Source: an uncultured virus (IMG/VR IMGVR_UViG_3300042519_003322)
Lineage: Duplodnaviria > Heunggongvirae > Uroviricota > Caudoviricetes
Virus record (IMG/VR): IMGVR_UViG_3300042519_003322
Direction: 5' to 3' (one strand)
DNA: 20,000 bases
Shown here: piece by piece, positions 17,068-20,000 of the stretch
Position numbering within the stretch: the stretch's first letter is position 1
Layout of the letters: every line of letters starts with the position of its first letter
Made by a program: the position numbers and the translations under genes
Notes under the pieces: generated by a model
Told to the model about the DNA's origin: nothing
What the model saw: only the letters and a program-made list of their open reading frames with translations
Database searches by the model: none

Positions 17068-17619
17068 ATGAGCGAAAATTCACTATACGTAACTGAAGAA
17101 GCCGACGACGGAAAAAGCAACAAGAAGTCAACTCATCGTGATTCCTTGTTGCCTGCCGCCAAGGAAGAGACCCAGCTTGAAAAGCTGAGAAACATTGTCA
17201 AGAAAAAGGTTGAGCGGTCCGTAGTCCACATTCAGGTGACAGAACGCCCGGGTGTAAGCCTCAAAGTGAGCCCCAATATCACTCAATCGCAGATGAAGAA
17301 CTGGCGCAAAAATGCTGGTGAAGATTCAAGAAATGGACTTGACTCGCTCAAGTTTGCTTGTCTAGTTATCGGCCACACCACCATAGGTATCTGCATTGAT
17401 GATGAAGAGATTTTTGACGAAAACGGCAATAATCTCAATTTTGCCCATCCTCAAATTCTCGAAATGACCGAGTCGATGAAGCCGGTTCCGGATGCAGTTC
17501 GGGCGATGTTTGGCGTTGACCCACATGTTGAATCCGCAGCTTTGGCAATCCTTGACTCCGCTGGATACTCAGACACGGTTGCTGCTGTGGACCCTACGAA
17601 GGAGTCTTCGACGAACTAG
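17068..17619 (+). CDS. Tail assembly chaperone (gpG analogue)
   Basis: Sits between tube and tape measure genes; ends ..AAVDPTKESSTN overlapping an open -1 frame. Confidence 0.78.
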   Translation: MSENSLYVTEEADDGKSNKKSTHRDSLLPAAKEETQLEKLRNIVKKKVERSVVHIQVTERPGVSLKVSPNITQSQMKNWRKNAGEDSRNGLDSLKFACLVIGHTTIGICIDDEEIFDENGNNLNFAHPQILEMTESMKPVPDAVRAMFGVDPHVESAALAILDSAGYSDTVAAVDPTKESSTN

Positions 17620-17783
17620 TTGAAGATTCCACACTTATATCTGCGGCAAGATTAGGCGAGTTATTTCACGTTAGTCCATTGGAATTAATGGACGTAGACG
17701 ATAATGACTGGTTACTACTTCTTGCCTGTGCTAAAGTTATAAGTAACGACCGCGAAGAGCAAGAGCGCAAGCCGAAGACTTAG
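17592..17783 (+). CDS. Tail assembly chaperone frameshift extension (gpT analogue, -1 frame)
   Basis: Not in the ORF track. The -1 frame reads PYEGVFDELVEDSTLISAARLGELFHVSPLELMDVDDNDWLLLLACAKVISNDREEQERKPKT*, with no good independent start. Confidence 0.7.
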   Translation, partial: PYEGVFDELVEDSTLISAARLGELFHVSPLELMDVDDNDWLLLLACAKVISNDREEQERKPKT

Positions 17784-17848
17784 GGGTGGAGCCCCCATAG
17801 CTTGGCAGCCTTACACTCACGTGACTTAAAACTCACACGGAGTGCCAA

Positions 17849-20000
17849 ATGGCTGATGAAATAGTTGATATTAAAATTAAGTTTGAGGCCCAAACTAGGG
17901 AGCTCACTAAAGCAATAGCTCAGCTTTCATTACTAGAAAAAAGAGTAAAAAAACTTTCCAGCGGCAGGGGCGAAGCTCTCGCTCAACAATCGGGTAGTAA
18001 ACTAGCAAATACCACAAAAGGCTGGAAACGCAGTTTCGACGCCATAGATGCTGGCGCCAAAATGGCAGGAAAAGGGCTCACTAAGTTCCTCGGTATGGCT
18101 ATCAAGGGTGTCGTTATAGAAATGGCAGCCCTTGGAGCTGCGATGATAGGAGTCCACGCACTATTTGCAGCTGGGCAATTACTTGTCAAAGCATATAGGG
18201 GGGCGATGCAAATGCTTTCTGCTGGTGCGGCGGGGGTAGTCGTCGCAATATCGGCAGCGAGCGCCGCTATCAGGGAGCAGCAGGCCGCCATTTATGCCTA
18301 CAGAGGCAAGGGAGCCCCTGCATTTGGTTCAGCGATGAATCAGACAAGAATGGGCATGCGGAACCTACAGAGCGACGCAAGTCTGGCGACTCTCGGAGTC
18401 GAAGCACTCAACAAGGCTTACGGAACCATGTCCAAGTCGATGAATACCGCACAAATAAATAAAAGCGGTGCATCAATCAAGGCTTTGATGGACTTTGGTT
18501 CAGCGGGCCAAGACCCCGCAAAGGGCCTAGAACAAGTATCTATTGTTATCGAAAATCTTTCTAACAGTAAAAAGAGTATTTCTGACGTAATAACAGAAGC
18601 TAAAAAACTTGGCCCAGAAATGGAAAAAGCCCTAAAAGGGACAACCATAAAAACCAAGGAACAATTTAAAGAACTTCTGATGTCCGGGCAGTTGGCGGAC
18701 AAAGGCGGTGTCGCTGGTCAGTTTGAAGCCGTAAACGGTACTTTAATCTCCCAGATGAAGGGCTACTTTAGTCGATTGCGTGGCGAGTTTGCTGATTTTG
18801 GCGACCAGTTCTTGGAGCCACTCAAGGCTTCATTTGAGAGGGTATTCGGGACAATACGCAGAGACTTGCAGCGCATAATGGGCGCTATTTCATATAGTTT
18901 TGGGGCGACGGGCATAATCGACGGCTTTGCTGGCGGAATAGAAAAAGCATCTAATTGGCTCGTGAAAATGATTCGCGAATACCTCCCTGGCGCGTTAGGC
19001 ATGTTCGACAGAATTGGAGATTGGTTCTCTAAATTCAAGCGTGGTTGGGATATGGTCCTTGAGCAAACTCGCCCACTCATAGATGGCGCAAAGGTGCTTT
19101 ATAAAGCTTTTACTCCAGTGTGGGAGGCAATTAAACGAGGTGCCGGAAACCTGACCTTATTCAAGGACCTTCTTGTTGAAAACAAAAATGAAGTTGCAGA
19201 ATTCGGCGAACGTGTTGGGGAGCTCATCGATTCTTTATCAAAATTCTTCATGAATCTTAAAAAGATGTTCATGGATATGCTCCCCTTTTTGAGTGACTTA
19301 GTATCTGGACTAACAAGCGTCTTCAATATGATTTCCAAAATGTTTAGTGGTGGGGCTGGCGGAGGACTAGCTTCGGCCCTTGCACCATTGCTGGCATTCT
19401 CGATTATAGGTAAAAAAATGAGCGGCGTAAAGGGCCGTTTAATGCCAGGGGTTCAAACTGTCAAGACCATGAGCGTTAACGCTCAAAATGTTTCTATTGG
19501 TGGCAAAAATCTTGGTCCGGCTGGCCCAACGTCATCGCTGGCCTCAGGTCGTGGTGGGGGCGGCGGAGGGGCCCTTTCTAGCGGATATCCGGCGACGAGT
19601 CCAGTAATCATGCCTGGGTCGGTCACTGGTTCAAAATTCCGTGCTATTTCAAACGACCCGAACTCGAAGTTTTTTGGAAGCGCAAAAGCTGGTAGTCGAC
19701 ATCAGGTTGCTCTTAGCGGAATAGATGGCAGAATTGTAAAACGCAAAGAAATAGATAGCAGAATTGGCCGTGGGGTTGTATATGCGGCCACTGGAGCTCG
19801 CGCTAGAGACCCTTACGCGGACAGGGGTCAGATAACAAATCCAGACGGCACGACCAAGCCGGTCAATCCTAATGTCAACCTCCCACTGAGCGCAAAATTT
19901 AGGGCCACTCAATCTCTCAATGCCCGCTCAATGGATGAGCTGCGACAAATAGCTACACAAAAAGGGATTGTTGGTACTCAAATCGGCGGAGTAATGGGGG
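17849..20000 (+). CDS. Tape measure protein, partial, runs off right edge
   Basis: Not in the ORF track. ATG 17849 (GGAG RBS) gives MADEIVDIKIKFEAQTRELTKAIAQL..., Ala/Gly-rich helical with periodic W/F, open for about 717 codons to the window end; follows the chaperones. Confidence 0.88.
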   Translation, partial: MADEIVDIKIKFEAQTRELTKAIAQLSLLEKRVKKLSSGRGEALAQQSGSKLANTTKGWKRSFDAIDAGAKMAGKGLTKFLGMAIKGVVIEMAALGAAMIGVHALFAAGQLLVKAYRGAMQMLSAGAAGVVVAISAASAAIREQQAAIYAYRGKGAPAFGSAMNQTRMGMRNLQSDASLATLGVEALNKAYGTMSKSMNTAQINKSGASIKALMDFGSAGQDPAKGLEQVSIVIENLSNSKKSISDVITEAKKLGPEMEKALKGTTIKTKEQFKELLMSGQLADKGGVAGQFEAVNGTLISQMKGYFSRLRGEFADFGDQFLEPLKASFERVFGTIRRDLQRIMGAISYSFGATGIIDGFAGGIEKASNWLVKMIREYLPGALGMFDRIGDWFSKFKRGWDMVLEQTRPLIDGAKVLYKAFTPVWEAIKRGAGNLTLFKDLLVENKNEVAEFGERVGELIDSLSKFFMNLKKMFMDMLPFLSDLVSGLTSVFNMISKMFSGGAGGGLASALAPLLAFSIIGKKMSGVKGRLMPGVQTVKTMSVNAQNVSIGGKNLGPAGPTSSLASGRGGGGGGALSSGYPATSPVIMPGSVTGSKFRAISNDPNSKFFGSAKAGSRHQVALSGIDGRIVKRKEIDSRIGRGVVYAATGARARDPYADRGQITNPDGTTKPVNPNVNLPLSAKFRATQSLNARSMDELRQIATQKGIVGTQIGGVMG

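Noticed and set aside
17783..17796. GGGG/CCCC hairpin after the chaperone extension as a terminator
   Set aside because: Short stem and no U-tract; too weak to call.
17983..19912. Several minus-strand ORFs
   Set aside because: Antisense shadows of the tape measure gene.

Overview
The whole window is a gene-dense fragment of a tailed dsDNA bacteriophage with a contractile tail (a tail sheath gene is present). An actinobacterial host is a weak inference from the many leaderless promoters. A minus-strand head module (HK97-type prohead protease running off the left edge, portal with a Pro-Gly-Met repeat and a helical C-terminal extension, small membrane protein) diverges from the terminase large subunit. 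The terminase leads a plus-strand run: Rad52/Sak annealase, Cas4/AddB-like exonuclease, HNH nuclease, RuvC-like resolvase, a ParB / IbrA-like PP-loop / IbrB-like module and a very basic protein. Two acidic paralogous genes then lie antisense under a canonical sigma70-type promoter. They are followed by neck genes, tail sheath, tail tube, a tail assembly chaperone with a probable non-canonical -1 frameshift, and a tape measure gene running off the right edge. The most notable signals are the ParB-IbrA-IbrB cassette (candidate DNA modification system), the acidic paralog pair, a TAGTTGCA-N21/22-TANNNT motif before three structural genes, and a possible small structured RNA at about 7807-7890. 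All calls come from manual motif recognition; no searches were run.
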